Positions 8,897 through 20,414 are shown, counted from the stretch's first letter. The stretch is 64,000 nt of DNA from Patescibacteria group bacterium (GCA_041650755.1 JBAZKN010000004.1:4624-68623); one strand, 5' to 3'. Numbers and translations are program-made. Notes: generated by a model not told the origin, from the letters alone.

Positions 8897-10390
8897 ATGA
8901 CTATCTACCAAAAAATATTACAAAACCAAAAAGCATCTTCGCTTTTGATTATAATATTTTTTTTGCTACTAGCCTTTTTTTATTTATATCAACTAAACAA
9001 ATTGCCCCTGACTGCCTACGATGAAGCCATTTATGCCCAAGTGACACGCCAGACACTAGTTAGCAGCCAAATAACAACCCTGTATAATTTTGGCCAAGCT
9101 TGGTTAGAAAAACCACCGCTCTATTTTTGGCTAGCCATGACGAGTGTGAAAATTTTTGGCGATAGCGAAGCTGCTTTTCGTCTGCCCTCAGCCCTGCTGG
9201 CTATTTTGAGTTTTTGTCTGGTGTACCTGGTGACAAAAAAACTTAGCGGCAAAAAATCACTAGGTCTGATGGCTGCTTTTATTTTGGCCATCATTCCTTT
9301 TTATTATATTACTGGTCGGCAAGTCAGACTGGATGTGCCGCTGACCGCTATCATTCTATCTACCATCTATGTCTTTATTTTGGGTTGGGATAATAAAAAA
9401 TATTTACTAGGTATCTTCCCGCTAATGGCTTTGGCTGTACTGACAAAAAATATCGTTGGACTATTGGCCATACCCTTTGTCCTGATCTTTAGCCTAATCT
9501 ACAAACAGTGGTCTTGGTTAAAAAGTAAATATTTTTGGCTCGGTCTGCCCATCGGACTATTACTGGCCATACCCTGGCACTGGCGCCAGTATCAGCTTTG
9601 GGGAAATAATTTTTTGGAAACTTATCTTGGCTTTCATGTTTTAAACAGGTTTAGCAGCGGCTTTGGTAATGTCACACAAACCAACCCTTTAAGCTATTTT
9701 CATATTCTTTGGGATTATAGCTGGCCCTGGTGGCAAATATTTATTTTGCTATTAATAGTGGCCCTCATATTAAAAAAATTCTACCACACAGAAAAATCCT
9801 GGCGCTTGCTGCTGACCAGCTGGACTATCATGGCTTTTGTGATTTTTTTCTTTTCTTTATCCAAAACCAAAATATCCAGCTATCTACTACTAATGTATCC
9901 TTATTTAGCAATTGCCATAGCCGTCAGCCTATCTTACCTCTGGCAAATCATAAAACATAAATGGCTAAAAATACTGTATCTATTGTTCACTGGCGCCCTC
10001 TGCCTCTACTCTATCTTACTTTGTCTGGGGCAAGATGATCGTATCCTGAAAAATTTTCACTTCTTTTATGATTATAATCTGCGCGATATTGGCCGCTTGA
10101 TCAACTTGGAAAATAAACCTAATGCTAAAATCTATTATTTGTCCGGGCCGCCAGCTGAAACTATTAATTTTTACGCTCAACAACCGGTCAGCCAGGTTTC
10201 AGTCGACCAAGAAACAAAAACCATCAACCTGTCGGGGCCAGCCTTTATTTACCTCTATGACAGCAATCTGCCCCTATTTCTAGATGATGCCGGCCAAGTA
10301 AAAAAAGAATTTAGCTCTATCAGAGTAAAATATTCCCAGGACCATATACTCTTGCTCTATGGTGAACAGGACATTGTCTTACATTTTTAA
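8897..10390 (+). CDS. ArnT/PMT-family (GT-C) membrane glycosyltransferase
   Basis: YDEAIYA, EKPPLYFW and AFRLPSA motifs; many TM helices. Confidence 0.85.
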   Translation: MTIYQKILQNQKASSLLIIIFFLLLAFFYLYQLNKLPLTAYDEAIYAQVTRQTLVSSQITTLYNFGQAWLEKPPLYFWLAMTSVKIFGDSEAAFRLPSALLAILSFCLVYLVTKKLSGKKSLGLMAAFILAIIPFYYITGRQVRLDVPLTAIILSTIYVFILGWDNKKYLLGIFPLMALAVLTKNIVGLLAIPFVLIFSLIYKQWSWLKSKYFWLGLPIGLLLAIPWHWRQYQLWGNNFLETYLGFHVLNRFSSGFGNVTQTNPLSYFHILWDYSWPWWQIFILLLIVALILKKFYHTEKSWRLLLTSWTIMAFVIFFFSLSKTKISSYLLLMYPYLAIAIAVSLSYLWQIIKHKWLKILYLLFTGALCLYSILLCLGQDDRILKNFHFFYDYNLRDIGRLINLENKPNAKIYYLSGPPAETINFYAQQPVSQVSVDQETKTINLSGPAFIYLYDSNLPLFLDDAGQVKKEFSSIRVKYSQDHILLLYGEQDIVLHF

Positions 10391-10487
10391 GCAGCCAAAA
10401 AATAAAAGCCAAAAATTGGCTCTTTATTTTTCTAAAATTTGATGCTAAACTCTAATAGCTTTCTAATAAAAATAACTAATATTATTT

Positions 10488-10868
10488 ATGAGTAAAAAAA
10501 TTTTGTTGTTGGTAGCTTTAGTCCTGATGTTCGGCGTCAGCGGCTGCGGCCGACCAAGCAACAATGATGCCAACGGCAATATTGGCGATCAAAATCTGAA
10601 CATGATCCTGCCGGATAATACTGTGCGAGTCAGAATAAAAGACTCCCAATTCATTTCCAAGACAGCTATTATCAAGGCTGGCATGACAGTATTATGGGTC
10701 AACCAAGACAATGTTGACCACCAAATAAAATCTACCACCTTTAGCTCACCCAAACTAAAACCCGGGGACACCTTCAGCTACACCTTTGATAATGTTGGCG
10801 TGTATGATTATGTTTGCTCGCTCCACCCAACGATGGCCGGCTCTATATCAGTCCAAACGCAAGAATAA
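10488..10868 (+). CDS. Cupredoxin (plastocyanin/amicyanin-like) lipoprotein
   Basis: Lipobox VSGC; copper ligands H...CSLHPTM. Confidence 0.85.
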   Translation: MSKKILLLVALVLMFGVSGCGRPSNNDANGNIGDQNLNMILPDNTVRVRIKDSQFISKTAIIKAGMTVLWVNQDNVDHQIKSTTFSSPKLKPGDTFSYTFDNVGVYDYVCSLHPTMAGSISVQTQE

Positions 10869-10879
10869 AAATAATAAGA

Positions 10880-11425
10880 ATGGATCGAGAGATTTTGGAT
10901 CAAAAAATAAGAAAGGTGCCCAATTTTCCTAAAGACGGGATTCTATTTTATGATGTCACTACTTTATTTGAAGACAAAGATACTTGGCGACAGTTGATCG
11001 ATGAGCTTTGCTGGCCATATCAGGATAAAAAAATAGATAAAATAGTCGGCATTGATGCTCGCGGATTTTTATTGGCAGCCGCCATGGGCTACAAACTGGG
11101 CACCGGTATTTCTTTGGTCCGTAAAAAGGGCAAATTGCCCTACGCCACAAAACAAGCCACCTATGAAAAAGAATATGGCCCAGATACGGTAGAAATGCAT
11201 GCCGACACTATTCGACCAGGAGAAACTGTTTTGATAGTTGACGACTTACTAGCTACTGGCGGGACAATATTGGCTGCCATTGATTTGGTGGAACAAATGC
11301 AAGGAAAAATTATCGGCCTTGAATTCATTATTAATTTGTCATTTTTACCCGGCTTAAAGAAACTGCAAGCCAATGGATTTGTGCCACATTATTTAATCGA
11401 TTATGATAATGAAAAAATTAAATAA
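10880..11425 (+). CDS. apt: Adenine phosphoribosyltransferase
   Basis: PNFPKDGILFYD, ARGF, RKKGKLP, VDDLLATGGT. Confidence 0.95.
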   Translation: MDREILDQKIRKVPNFPKDGILFYDVTTLFEDKDTWRQLIDELCWPYQDKKIDKIVGIDARGFLLAAAMGYKLGTGISLVRKKGKLPYATKQATYEKEYGPDTVEMHADTIRPGETVLIVDDLLATGGTILAAIDLVEQMQGKIIGLEFIINLSFLPGLKKLQANGFVPHYLIDYDNEKIK

Positions 11426-11436
11426 TTATACAAAAG

Positions 11437-12255
11437 ATGACTAGTGCAAAAATAAAAGTTGGTATCATCGGTGGCTCTGGACTGGACAACCCTGACCTAC
11501 TAACCAGACAAAAATCCATCGACTTAGACACGCCTTTTGGCCAACCATCATCTAGTATCAATACCGGAAAAATTGGCGAGGTAGAAGTGGCCATCATTGC
11601 CCGACACGGTAAAAACCATTCTTTGATGCCAGGCAAAGTCCCCTATCAAGCCAATGTCTGGGCGCTCAAACAAGTCGGCTGCAGCCATATTTTAGCTACT
11701 ACCGCTTGCGGCTCGCTGCAAAAAAATTTTAGACCAGGCGACCTCGTTTTTATCGATCAATTTATTGACTTCACCAAACACCGCAACCCAACCTTTTACC
11801 AGGACCATGTCATTCACACGCCCATGGCTGATCCATTTTGCTATAATTTACGCCAACGATTGACGGCAACAGCCAAGGAGCTAAAACTGCCACACCATTC
11901 TCAAGGCACCATCGTCACCATTGAGGGACCCCGTTTTTCTACCCGGGCAGAATCAAAAATGTTTCGCTCTTGGCAAGCAGATGTTATCAATATGTCTACT
12001 GTACCAGAAGTGACTTTGGCTAGAGAAATAGGTATTTGTTATCAATCTATCGCTATGGTCACCGACTATGACTGCTGGAAAGAAAAAGAAGCGCCAGTCA
12101 CTTGGGAAATGGTCATGGAACAAATGAATAAAAATATTGGCAATATCAAAAAATTATTACTGGCTGTCCTGCCTAAAATAGATTTTTATGCCTGCGACTG
12201 CAAAAAAACTACGGCCGACATGGCTGAATACGAAACCAAAAAACCCGTCCAATAA
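11437..12255 (+). CDS. mtnP: S-methyl-5'-thioadenosine phosphorylase
   Basis: GIIGGSG, ARHG, EGPRFSTRAES, VTDYDCW. Confidence 0.92.
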   Translation: MTSAKIKVGIIGGSGLDNPDLLTRQKSIDLDTPFGQPSSSINTGKIGEVEVAIIARHGKNHSLMPGKVPYQANVWALKQVGCSHILATTACGSLQKNFRPGDLVFIDQFIDFTKHRNPTFYQDHVIHTPMADPFCYNLRQRLTATAKELKLPHHSQGTIVTIEGPRFSTRAESKMFRSWQADVINMSTVPEVTLAREIGICYQSIAMVTDYDCWKEKEAPVTWEMVMEQMNKNIGNIKKLLLAVLPKIDFYACDCKKTTADMAEYETKKPVQ

Positions 12256-12264
12256 GACGGGTTT
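12241..12264. terminator. Probable bidirectional terminator between convergent genes
   Basis: AAACCCGTC...GACGGGTTT. Confidence 0.65.
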
Positions 12265-12269
12265 AAAAA

Positions 12270-13934
12270 TTATTTAATTATTTTCAGCTGGCCAAAGTCA
12301 AGGGTCATTATTTTCATCTGATCAGCATCTATCTTTTGCGCTAAATCCCCTTGGGGCAAAAGCCTGATCAAATTGGCGGTATAGTTTTGATAATTATAAT
12401 GCCACAGCTCCCAATACATATCAAACATATTAATAGAAGTAGTACCAGTTACTACAAAGCTGCCATCAATGCTCTCCGCCCACCAGCCCTTAGCGTCCCG
12501 ACGCCAATTCAATAAATGATAATTGGCATTTTTTTGGTTAAGCTGAAGATAAACTGGCAGAGGCATAATTTCTGGATAAGTGTCTGGATAAGTAAGCATC
12601 AGGGCCTGCTGCAGATTATTGCGAAAAACTTCGGCTCCAGCTAGGTTATCCGGCAAGCCAACGGTTATTATTTTTTGCCCCGGCGCCAAGCCAAGTCTAG
12701 GATAACTAGCTACGATTTGTCTGGCTAGTTGGCTGCTTTTTTCCCAGATCATATTTTTTTGGCCGATAATCAATAGACTGCAAAGCAAACAAAACCCCAA
12801 TAAGGCCAGACGGCTAGTTTTATTAAAACTTATCTTATTAAATAAAAATATAAACCAGTAGAGAAAAAATATGACCGGCAGATAAACATAGCGCTCACCA
12901 GCAAAAGTGGTCCGATGCAAACCCAGTGGCACAACTGGCAACAAAGTAGCCAGACACAATAGCCATAAAAATAATTGCTTGTATTTTTTCTTAATTAGAA
13001 GATAGGCAACGTAGAGCAAGAGCAGCAAAACAAAAAATATGCCAATTAATAAAGGATAATTATACCATAGCTTATAAAGTGGCGACCGAAAATAGCCGGC
13101 GCTAGCAAACTCCAATATCATGGCCTGGGCATTGGCCAGCCAAATGCTCCAGTGAAACTGCAAATTATTTTGACCATAATATCCAAAAAAGGTTTGAGTT
13201 GCTTCCTGCCTGACTGCAAAAAATATAGCCAATAAAATAAAATCCGCTAAAATATATTTGCCATTCTGCCAAAATTGTTTCGCCTTCGTGTCTCCTATCG
13301 CCAAGAGGTAGCACTCTAATAATAAAATTAGTATGGGCAAGGTCAAAACAATTTCTTTGACCAATAGGCCGATTGCGAAAGCCAAAATAGACAGGCTGAA
13401 AAATGTTTTTTGCTGATTCTCACGCGCTCGTAAAAATAATAAAAAGCTAAGTAAATAAAATAGGGTCGCCCAAAGGTGTGGCCAGGCCGCTAACCAAGAA
13501 ACTGCCTCTACTTGCGTTGGCCAGACTAAAAATAATATGGCCGCTAAACTTGATAATGCTCGACTGGAATCTACTTTGCATAAGCTGAATATTTTTTTAC
13601 CCAAACAATATACCAGGCAGGCATTGGTAGCGTGCAACACCAGACTTAAGCCGTGGTAGGCGCTGGCTTTTAGGCCGAATAAGGTGAAAAATATTTTCCA
13701 AATGACAAATAAAAATGGGTTATAAGAACCGCCCCAAGTAGTGCCTTCATAATTAGTAACAAAAATAGACCAGCTCCAAAGCCTAGTTTTAGCCAGCCAA
13801 AGCCAATGCCAATCATCTGAAACAAAATAATAATTTAGCGTAGAACCAAAAATAAAAAACGCAACTAACAAAAACACCAGCCAGATAAGTACTGACCGAT
13901 ACTTGGCTGGTGTCTTGGCTATAAATTTAAACAT
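12270..13934 (-). CDS. Multi-TM GT-C-like glycosyltransferase
   Basis: YFVSDD loop after TM1, QVEAVSW, KE, ERYVYLP. Confidence 0.7.
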   Translation of the reverse strand: MFKFIAKTPAKYRSVLIWLVFLLVAFFIFGSTLNYYFVSDDWHWLWLAKTRLWSWSIFVTNYEGTTWGGSYNPFLFVIWKIFFTLFGLKASAYHGLSLVLHATNACLVYCLGKKIFSLCKVDSSRALSSLAAILFLVWPTQVEAVSWLAAWPHLWATLFYLLSFLLFLRARENQQKTFFSLSILAFAIGLLVKEIVLTLPILILLLECYLLAIGDTKAKQFWQNGKYILADFILLAIFFAVRQEATQTFFGYYGQNNLQFHWSIWLANAQAMILEFASAGYFRSPLYKLWYNYPLLIGIFFVLLLLLYVAYLLIKKKYKQLFLWLLCLATLLPVVPLGLHRTTFAGERYVYLPVIFFLYWFIFLFNKISFNKTSRLALLGFCLLCSLLIIGQKNMIWEKSSQLARQIVASYPRLGLAPGQKIITVGLPDNLAGAEVFRNNLQQALMLTYPDTYPEIMPLPVYLQLNQKNANYHLLNWRRDAKGWWAESIDGSFVVTGTTSINMFDMYWELWHYNYQNYTANLIRLLPQGDLAQKIDADQMKIMTLDFGQLKIIK

Positions 13935-13938
13935 TTAT

Positions 13939-14397
13939 TTAAAGGGATAGTTTGAGCATCGCCAAAATAAAAACCAATTGAATGACGACACCTACCTTAA
14001 AAGGAAGTTTAACCCCCAGAATATCATGGATTTTGCTATGCAGTCGGCAAAACCAATCCAGCCATTTGACCCTAAAAACCTGGACGCTGGCCCAAAGCAC
14101 ATCTGGCAGCCAGGCACCAATCACGGCCGATGATAACGCTCCATGATTTATGTTTAATTTTGACTGCAAAAAAATAAATACTAAACATAGTGATAAAAAA
14201 GCATCTAGAGCCGCTGTTTTTACAAAATAACGCAAGCGAGCTGATTCATCGGTAATATGCTGTCCGATATTTTCATCTCCATGGGGGATAATATCTAAAA
14301 TAAAGTGGGATACAATACCTAAAATAAAAGCCAATAGCGGATTGGCCACTTTGGTAGAAATATAAATAGCGGCCGAAGTATGTGCGGATAATGTCAT
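13939..14397 (-). CDS. Membrane protein, putative metal-dependent hydrolase
   Basis: SHFILDIIPHGD and LPD motifs. Confidence 0.6.
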   Translation of the reverse strand: MTLSAHTSAAIYISTKVANPLLAFILGIVSHFILDIIPHGDENIGQHITDESARLRYFVKTAALDAFLSLCLVFIFLQSKLNINHGALSSAVIGAWLPDVLWASVQVFRVKWLDWFCRLHSKIHDILGVKLPFKVGVVIQLVFILAMLKLSL

Positions 14398-14408
14398 GGG
14401 ATTAATGT

Positions 14409-15713
14409 TTAATAGTCTCTTAGCTTGCGCATGTCCTCGTGTTTCTTGATGCGCTCCAGAGCTTTGGCCTCAATCTGCCTGATGCGTTCACGAGTCACGC
14501 CAAACTCTTGACCCACTTCCTCCAGAGTATGAGCTACGCCGTCTAAGAGGCCAAAGCGCATTTCCAAAATTTTCTGCTCCCGCGGCGTCAGATCTTGAAT
14601 TACTTTACGAACGTGATCAGATAATAGCTTCATGGCGGCTACTCTATCGGGGCCGATATTTTTTTCGTCTTCAATAAAATCACCCAAGGTGCTGTCTTCA
14701 TCATCATCACCAACTGACGCCTCCAAAGACACGGTCTCCTGGGAAATTTTTATAATTTGCCGGATTTTATCAATATCCTCGCCCATTTCAGCAGCAATCT
14801 CCTCTGGCAACGGATCACGACCAAGCTCCTGGACCAAACGCCGCTCTATTTGATTGAAACGATTAATAGTCTCGACCATGTGCACTGGAATACGAATAGT
14901 ACGCGATTGATCGGCCAGAGCACGAGTAATAGCTTGCCTAATCCACCAAGTGGCATAAGTAGAAAATTTGTAACCCTTGCGATAATCAAATTTCTCTACT
15001 GCCCTAAACAGACCAATATTACCCTCTTGGATGAGATCAAGAAGAGTCAAGGACCGGCCGGTAAATTTTTTGGCTATGGACACAACCAGACGCAAATTTG
15101 ATTCGATCAATTTCTTCTTGGCTTCCAGGTCGCCTTTTTCTTTGCGTTTGGCATACATCATCTCTTCCTCTTGATTAAGCAGGGGCACCTTACCAATTTC
15201 CCGCAAATACATCTGGATGCTGTCGGCGGCGATATCAGTCAGATCACCCCGTTTTTCATCACTCTGAATGCCGGATTTGGCCAGCATCTCTGTCCCCTTG
15301 GTATGGACATCCAAAATGCTGCCATCAGTTGAGACTACCTGAACAGCCATATCCTCCAGCCTATCCAGAAAATTTTCCAAGCGGGGCACATAATCTTCAA
15401 GATCAGAAAACACCCGCAGAACCTCTTCTTCGGTAACAAAACCACGGCCATGAGCCTTTCTCAATAAAGCATCTACCACTTCTTGAGTCAGCTCTGCTTT
15501 GGGGGCCTTGATTTTTACTTTTAATTTTTTACGAGTTTTGGCAACTTTCTTGCCGGATTTTTTTAGCGCTGAAGCTTGATTTTTTTTAGCCGCCGCATGT
15601 TTTGCGGAGATTGGCTTGACCCGAGAGGTCTTGTGCGCACTGCGTGGGGCAGTGTGTTTAGAATTTTTATTCAATTTTTTCTTAGGCCTGTTTGGCCTCG
15701 TTTTTTTTGCCAT
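14409..15713 (-). CDS. rpoD: RNA polymerase sigma factor RpoD with Lys-rich N-terminal extension
   Basis: Regions 1.2-4: [41 protein letters not shown]. Confidence 0.97.
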   Translation of the reverse strand: MAKKTRPNRPKKKLNKNSKHTAPRSAHKTSRVKPISAKHAAAKKNQASALKKSGKKVAKTRKKLKVKIKAPKAELTQEVVDALLRKAHGRGFVTEEEVLRVFSDLEDYVPRLENFLDRLEDMAVQVVSTDGSILDVHTKGTEMLAKSGIQSDEKRGDLTDIAADSIQMYLREIGKVPLLNQEEEMMYAKRKEKGDLEAKKKLIESNLRLVVSIAKKFTGRSLTLLDLIQEGNIGLFRAVEKFDYRKGYKFSTYATWWIRQAITRALADQSRTIRIPVHMVETINRFNQIERRLVQELGRDPLPEEIAAEMGEDIDKIRQIIKISQETVSLEASVGDDDEDSTLGDFIEDEKNIGPDRVAAMKLLSDHVRKVIQDLTPREQKILEMRFGLLDGVAHTLEEVGQEFGVTRERIRQIEAKALERIKKHEDMRKLRDY

Positions 15714-17503
15714 TAGCGCTGCAATTTATTTAACTCTTTATTTAATAAATTAATCTGATGGGTTAAAATATCTACTTTGATAATATCGCCAGCTAATTCC
15801 GCCTGCTTGAGCTGCTCCCGCAAAGTCTGGTGTTGCTCCTGGCAGCGAGTTAATTTTAGGCGATTTACTAAATTTTCAAAGATCAGGGACAATTCGCGCT
15901 CCGTCATCTGATCATAATCCTTTTCACCGGTGATGCTGAGGCGTACCCAATCATCTTTTTCATTTGACTCCAACTCGCCGTTATCGGCAAAATTGTCCAA
16001 AGTATGATGCTTAGTATAATAAATGATAACCTTTCTGTAAAGAGATTGCAAATCGGCAGCCATCAACTCTGGGTCTACCTGAGCCAATAATTTATCAAGA
16101 TATTCACCCCGATAAAAAGCTATAGCCAGTAGCTGATCGCTCAAGAGCCACAAAGTATTCTTTTTTTGAGACAAAGACTGCTGCCAGGTTTGCTCTTGGC
16201 TGGATAAAAAAGTCTTGGCTTGAGAAATATCAGCTTGTAAAATCGATATAGGTATATTCAGCTTATCTGATAAAGCTTGCAAATAATGGACCTGCTCTAC
16301 TTGACTTTTTAAAAACTTGATAATCGGCAATAATTTTTGTACGGCAATCTTTTTGTGATCAGCCCGATTCAAATCCACGCCTGATAAAATTCTAAGGAAA
16401 TAATAATCCATAACCGGGATTGCCTCTTTGACTGCCTGGCGCCACTTAGCCGGATCATCCTTCACCATATCAGCTGGGTCAGAGCTGGGAGGTAAAACTA
16501 AAATTTTGATATTGAAATCAACCTGCCAACCCAAAGTAATACTACGAAAGGCCGCCTGTGATCCGGCTGTATCCCCATCAAAAGCCAAAATAATATTATC
16601 AGTATAGCGTTTTATTAATTTCAAGTGATCAATGGTCAAAGCCGTGCCCGAGACAGCCACAGTATTAGTGGTGCCAGCTTGATGACAGGCGATAGCATCC
16701 ATGTTGCCCTCGACAATAATCAAATATTTTTTCTGCCTAATGGCTTCTTTGGCTAAATGCCAGCCATACAATATTTTTCCTTTGTCATAAACAGAAGTCT
16801 GGGGACTATTGATATACTTACCGCCAAAATCATCCTCTACATAGGCAATACCAGCCAGAGTGCGCGAAGTAAAAGCTACTACCTTGCCGCTAGCATCGCT
16901 GAGTGGAAACATTAGTCGTTTGCGAAAACGATCAACATAGCCTGAACCGTTTTTCTTCTTAACTATCAAACCGGCTTGAAAAATCTCATCATCCTGATAA
17001 TTTTTTTCTCTCAAAAATAAATATAGCTCATCCCAAGCTTCGCCCGACAAGCCTAATTGCCATTTTTTTATGCTATCTGAAGTAATTTTGCGCTTGGTCA
17101 AATATCCTTGAACTTTTTCGGCAATCTCTATATCGGCGGCCAATTTTTTTTGATAAAATTCAAGAGCCAATTGATTCATATCATAAAGCCGACCATGATC
17201 TTCTTTATGGCTAGCCGTATATTCTGGCAAAACCACGTTGGCTTTTTGAGCCAGCTGGCGCAAGGCCTCGGGAAAGGTCAAACCCTCGTATTCCTGAACA
17301 AAAGTAATCACATCTCCGCCCTTGCCGCAGCCAAAACAATGCCAAATTTGCTTTTCTTTAGAAACCATAAAGCTGGGAGTTTTTTCATTATGAAAAGGGC
17401 AGCGGGCGCGCCAATTGGCGCCAGCCAAAGCTAAATTAATATAACTGCCAATAATATCAACTATATCCAGTCTAGCTTTTATTTCCTCGGTGGGATTCAT
17501 CAT
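15713..17503 (-). CDS. dnaG: DNA primase
   Basis: [11 protein letters not shown] zinc finger, KYINSP, TOPRIM EG and FDGD. Confidence 0.97.
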   Translation of the reverse strand: MMNPTEEIKARLDIVDIIGSYINLALAGANWRARCPFHNEKTPSFMVSKEKQIWHCFGCGKGGDVITFVQEYEGLTFPEALRQLAQKANVVLPEYTASHKEDHGRLYDMNQLALEFYQKKLAADIEIAEKVQGYLTKRKITSDSIKKWQLGLSGEAWDELYLFLREKNYQDDEIFQAGLIVKKKNGSGYVDRFRKRLMFPLSDASGKVVAFTSRTLAGIAYVEDDFGGKYINSPQTSVYDKGKILYGWHLAKEAIRQKKYLIIVEGNMDAIACHQAGTTNTVAVSGTALTIDHLKLIKRYTDNIILAFDGDTAGSQAAFRSITLGWQVDFNIKILVLPPSSDPADMVKDDPAKWRQAVKEAIPVMDYYFLRILSGVDLNRADHKKIAVQKLLPIIKFLKSQVEQVHYLQALSDKLNIPISILQADISQAKTFLSSQEQTWQQSLSQKKNTLWLLSDQLLAIAFYRGEYLDKLLAQVDPELMAADLQSLYRKVIIYYTKHHTLDNFADNGELESNEKDDWVRLSITGEKDYDQMTERELSLIFENLVNRLKLTRCQEQHQTLREQLKQAELAGDIIKVDILTHQINLLNKELNKLQR

Positions 17504-17548
17504 AACCTTATATTAAGGTAAATAGGCATTTTAGTCAAAATCAAACCT

Positions 17549-17578
17549 AAAGAAAAAGCGCCCGATCGCTCGAGCGCT
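17549..17578 (-). terminator. Intrinsic terminator of GC cassette B
   Basis: AGCGCTCGA-GCGA-TCGGGCGCT then TTTTCTTT. Confidence 0.8.
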
Positions 17579-17588
17579 CCCCATGTGT

Positions 17589-18026
17589 TCAGGAGATCTG
17601 GTAGAGAGGTGTGCCGTGCCGAGAGCGTCGGCACTGCACCACTCCGCTACTCTGCAGAGCATCGAGCACCTGATCCAGTTCCTTCTGGCTGACCTGGCGT
17701 CCATGACGACGGAGCATCCGAAGAATCTCGCCAGATGGTCTGGCATTGCTCTGCCGCAGCAAGACAGCAAGAACTGCATCACGGCTCAAGCTCGGTTGAG
17801 AAGGCTGCGGCGACACAGCCACTGCGGCAACGCGCCGACCACCCGTAGGGCCAAGATCCACGTAGGCACCCACGCCCTTTGGACCACAGCTGGCCTGTGT
17901 GGGCTGAGCTAGCTTCGGTTGTTGCTCACGTCGAGCTCGCTCGACTCTGCCTTGCCTGGCCAGAGCGATGCAACCCCAGACACCCAGCGCCAGAATGACC
18001 AACGAAAGCGCTATTGAGAACCACAT
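17589..18026 (-). CDS. GC-rich orphan membrane-anchored protein with possible C-terminal winged helix (cassette B)
   Basis: N-terminal TM helix; SD GGAGGTG at 18035-18041; promoter TTGACA(18128-18133)-N17-TATTAT. Confidence 0.7.
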   Translation of the reverse strand: MWFSIALSLVILALGVWGCIALARQGRVERARREQQPKLAQPTQASCGPKGVGAYVDLGPTGGRRVAAVAVSPQPSQPSLSRDAVLAVLLRQSNARPSGEILRMLRRHGRQVSQKELDQVLDALQSSGVVQCRRSRHGTPLYQIS

Positions 18027-18148
18027 CCTTAGAACACCTCCCCCCTTAAATTATGGGTGAAAATTGACTGTTGATGTACACCTGATGTGAAATCAGAAAA
18101 AATTATAATATTATATATTATTAATTCTGTCAACCCACAAGGCAACCA

Positions 18149-18616
18149 TCACCTCGCGGATGGTATTTCCAAATCTAATAAATATTGCTTTCTTTTTAAT
18201 CCCCCCGCATAACCAATTAAATCTCCTTTGCTGCCCACCACCCGATGGCAAGGAATGACTATGGCTATGGAATTTTTGTGGACTGCTTGACCGACTGCCC
18301 TAGCAGATTTAGGCCTACCAATAGCCAAAGCTAAATCTTGATAAGAAATAACACTGCCATAGGGTATGCCCTTTAGACAATGCCAGACCGCGGTCTGAAA
18401 TTCTGTGCCAGAAATAACCATGGGTAAAAAAAATTTTTTCCTTTTTTGAGAAAAATATTCCTGCAGTTGTCTGGCTGCCTGCCGAGAAATTTTATTAGCA
18501 GAACCGATGCGCCTAGTAGCCGTGGAAACAAAATCAATACCAACCACAAATTGGCCTGCCACCACAATGCGGAGCAGGCCAATCGGCGTTTCCAGATAAC
18601 TAAAATATTCCTTCAC
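18149..18616 (-). CDS. ogt: Methylated-DNA-protein-cysteine methyltransferase
   Basis: GTEFQ, IPYG, RAVG and PCHRV active site. Confidence 0.93.
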   Translation of the reverse strand: MKEYFSYLETPIGLLRIVVAGQFVVGIDFVSTATRRIGSANKISRQAARQLQEYFSQKRKKFFLPMVISGTEFQTAVWHCLKGIPYGSVISYQDLALAIGRPKSARAVGQAVHKNSIAIVIPCHRVVGSKGDLIGYAGGLKRKQYLLDLEIPSAR

Positions 18617-18620
18617 AGAA

Positions 18621-19571
18621 CTACTTTACCGGCACTGGCACATTACCAATCGGCGTGCCGTCTTTTGCTAGAGCCTCTACTTTTTGACTCAAGCATTGAT
18701 AGCCGGACGCATGCACCCAGCGGGCGTCATAATAATAGTAAGCTTCTTTGTTGGGATCTATTTTGGTAGTGTCGGTCAAAAAAGTAGCGCACAATTCGTA
18801 ATCGCGGTCACCTTTGACTTGATACTTAAAAACTTCTTGGCTGCTGGGATTCTCAAATAGGCTATCGTTCAAATATTTATACTCAGCGCGCAAGGCCTGA
18901 AAATCAGCCGGCAATTTTTTGTAAGTCTGATAATAGTTATTTAAATTATAATGAATTTCACTCAAATTATTGGTCACCCGCTGATCTATTTGTCTGGATC
19001 TGGCTAATTTTGGCGACTCAACAATTGTCAAAGAAGCAATGAAAACGGCTACCACTAAACACAAAGACCCATAAAAATAAAAGCGAATTAATTTGTCTTT
19101 GTGGCCTTCAACTTTTTCGCGACGAATATCGTAAAAATAAAAAGAAAAAACAATACCGGCAATCACCAGGGTAGTCAAGGCTTTGAGTATAAAACGACTG
19201 CTCAGTTCACCATTCAAAAACATGACCAAAACGCCTATCAAAGATCCGATCATCACCAAAAAGGCGATAAAAATAATCAAATAAGTCAGCCATTTACGCA
19301 CGCCTGACTCCTTATCAAGTTCTCCTTTGTACAGACTGCGATAAATAAATCTGGTGCTTAAATAATAAACCGGCGTGGCGATGACAATAGCGGCAATGGC
19401 AAATTTCAGCATTTCTTGATTGAACATGCCGGTATTATTGCCTATAGTATCAACTATGTACTTATTGACAAATTGAAAAATCACCTGGCCAACATCAACT
19501 GCCACAAAACCTAAGGCCACTAAGGATAGAAGGTACAAAAAAGCGAATTTAGCTGAATTATTTTTGCTCAT
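18621..19571 (-). CDS. DUF5671-like membrane protein
   Basis: RKWLTYLIIF, FLNGEL and YELCATF motifs typical of this CPR family. Confidence 0.7.
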   Translation of the reverse strand: MSKNNSAKFAFLYLLSLVALGFVAVDVGQVIFQFVNKYIVDTIGNNTGMFNQEMLKFAIAAIVIATPVYYLSTRFIYRSLYKGELDKESGVRKWLTYLIIFIAFLVMIGSLIGVLVMFLNGELSSRFILKALTTLVIAGIVFSFYFYDIRREKVEGHKDKLIRFYFYGSLCLVVAVFIASLTIVESPKLARSRQIDQRVTNNLSEIHYNLNNYYQTYKKLPADFQALRAEYKYLNDSLFENPSSQEVFKYQVKGDRDYELCATFLTDTTKIDPNKEAYYYYDARWVHASGYQCLSQKVEALAKDGTPIGNVPVPVK

Positions 19572-19576
19572 AATTT

Positions 19577-19689
19577 TTTATCCCGTTAGAAATTTATATA
19601 TTAATTTAATAATAACTTATATAATGATAAAAGTAAAATTTTTATAATAAATGCCACTAAAAATAATGGTCAATTTCTAACGGGGTGAA
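19577..19689. repeat. MITE-like element with 18-bp imperfect terminal inverted repeats
   Basis: TTTATCCCGTTAGAAATT ... AATTTCTAACGGGGTGAA around an AT-rich core. Confidence 0.7.
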
Positions 19690-20414
19690 TTTAATTGATA
19701 AAGAATAATACCGGCAGCCACGGCGGCATTCAAAGACTCCACTTGGCCGCTACCGGCTATTTTATATTTTATATCGGCTAAATCTAAAATTTTCTTTTCT
19801 ACTCCTCTGGCTTCACTGCCTATAACTATGCCCAGTTTACCGCTGGGCAGAACGCTGGTCTGAGCGTGACTGTCGGCTGCCACTATTTTGAAACCATGCT
19901 TTTGCAAACCAACTATCAATTTTGCCAAATCTTGATCGGGAAAAAGCTTGACTTGAAAAATTGAGCCCATGCTAGCCGCCACTGTCTTGGGGCTAAAAAC
20001 ATCAGCGCAAGCTGAGTTCAAAAAAATGCTTTTTATGCCAAACCAATCGGCCGTGCGGATAATGGTGCCGACATTACCCGGGTCCTGAATGCCATCAAGT
20101 AAGAGGATCTGCTCATTACCATAATTAAATTCTATACTCGGAGGCAAAGCAAAGACAGCCAGCATCCCCTGCGGCGTAATGCTGGGCGAAATTTTTTTCA
20201 GCTCTGCCTCGCTAATAATCTGGTACTTTATGCCCCGCAAGGCCTGCTTATACTTTTCAGTGGCTGCCTCAATAATATACAGCTCTCGGAAAAGCTTATG
20301 CCGGCGTTGCTCAAGGATGACTTTGGGGTTATCAATGATAAATTGGCCCTCCTGTTGACGGTCTTTTTTTTGTTGTAAAGATTTGAGAAAAGCTAATTTT
20401 TTGGCAGATATCAT
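19677..20414 (-). CDS. TrmH/SpoU family RNA 2'-O-methyltransferase
   Basis: QDPGNVGTIIRTA, GSEARG, ESLNAAVA; start at MISAKK, 6 nt after TATAAT. Confidence 0.9.
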   Translation of the reverse strand: MISAKKLAFLKSLQQKKDRQQEGQFIIDNPKVILEQRRHKLFRELYIIEAATEKYKQALRGIKYQIISEAELKKISPSITPQGMLAVFALPPSIEFNYGNEQILLLDGIQDPGNVGTIIRTADWFGIKSIFLNSACADVFSPKTVAASMGSIFQVKLFPDQDLAKLIVGLQKHGFKIVAADSHAQTSVLPSGKLGIVIGSEARGVEKKILDLADIKYKIAGSGQVESLNAAVAAGIILYQLNSPR

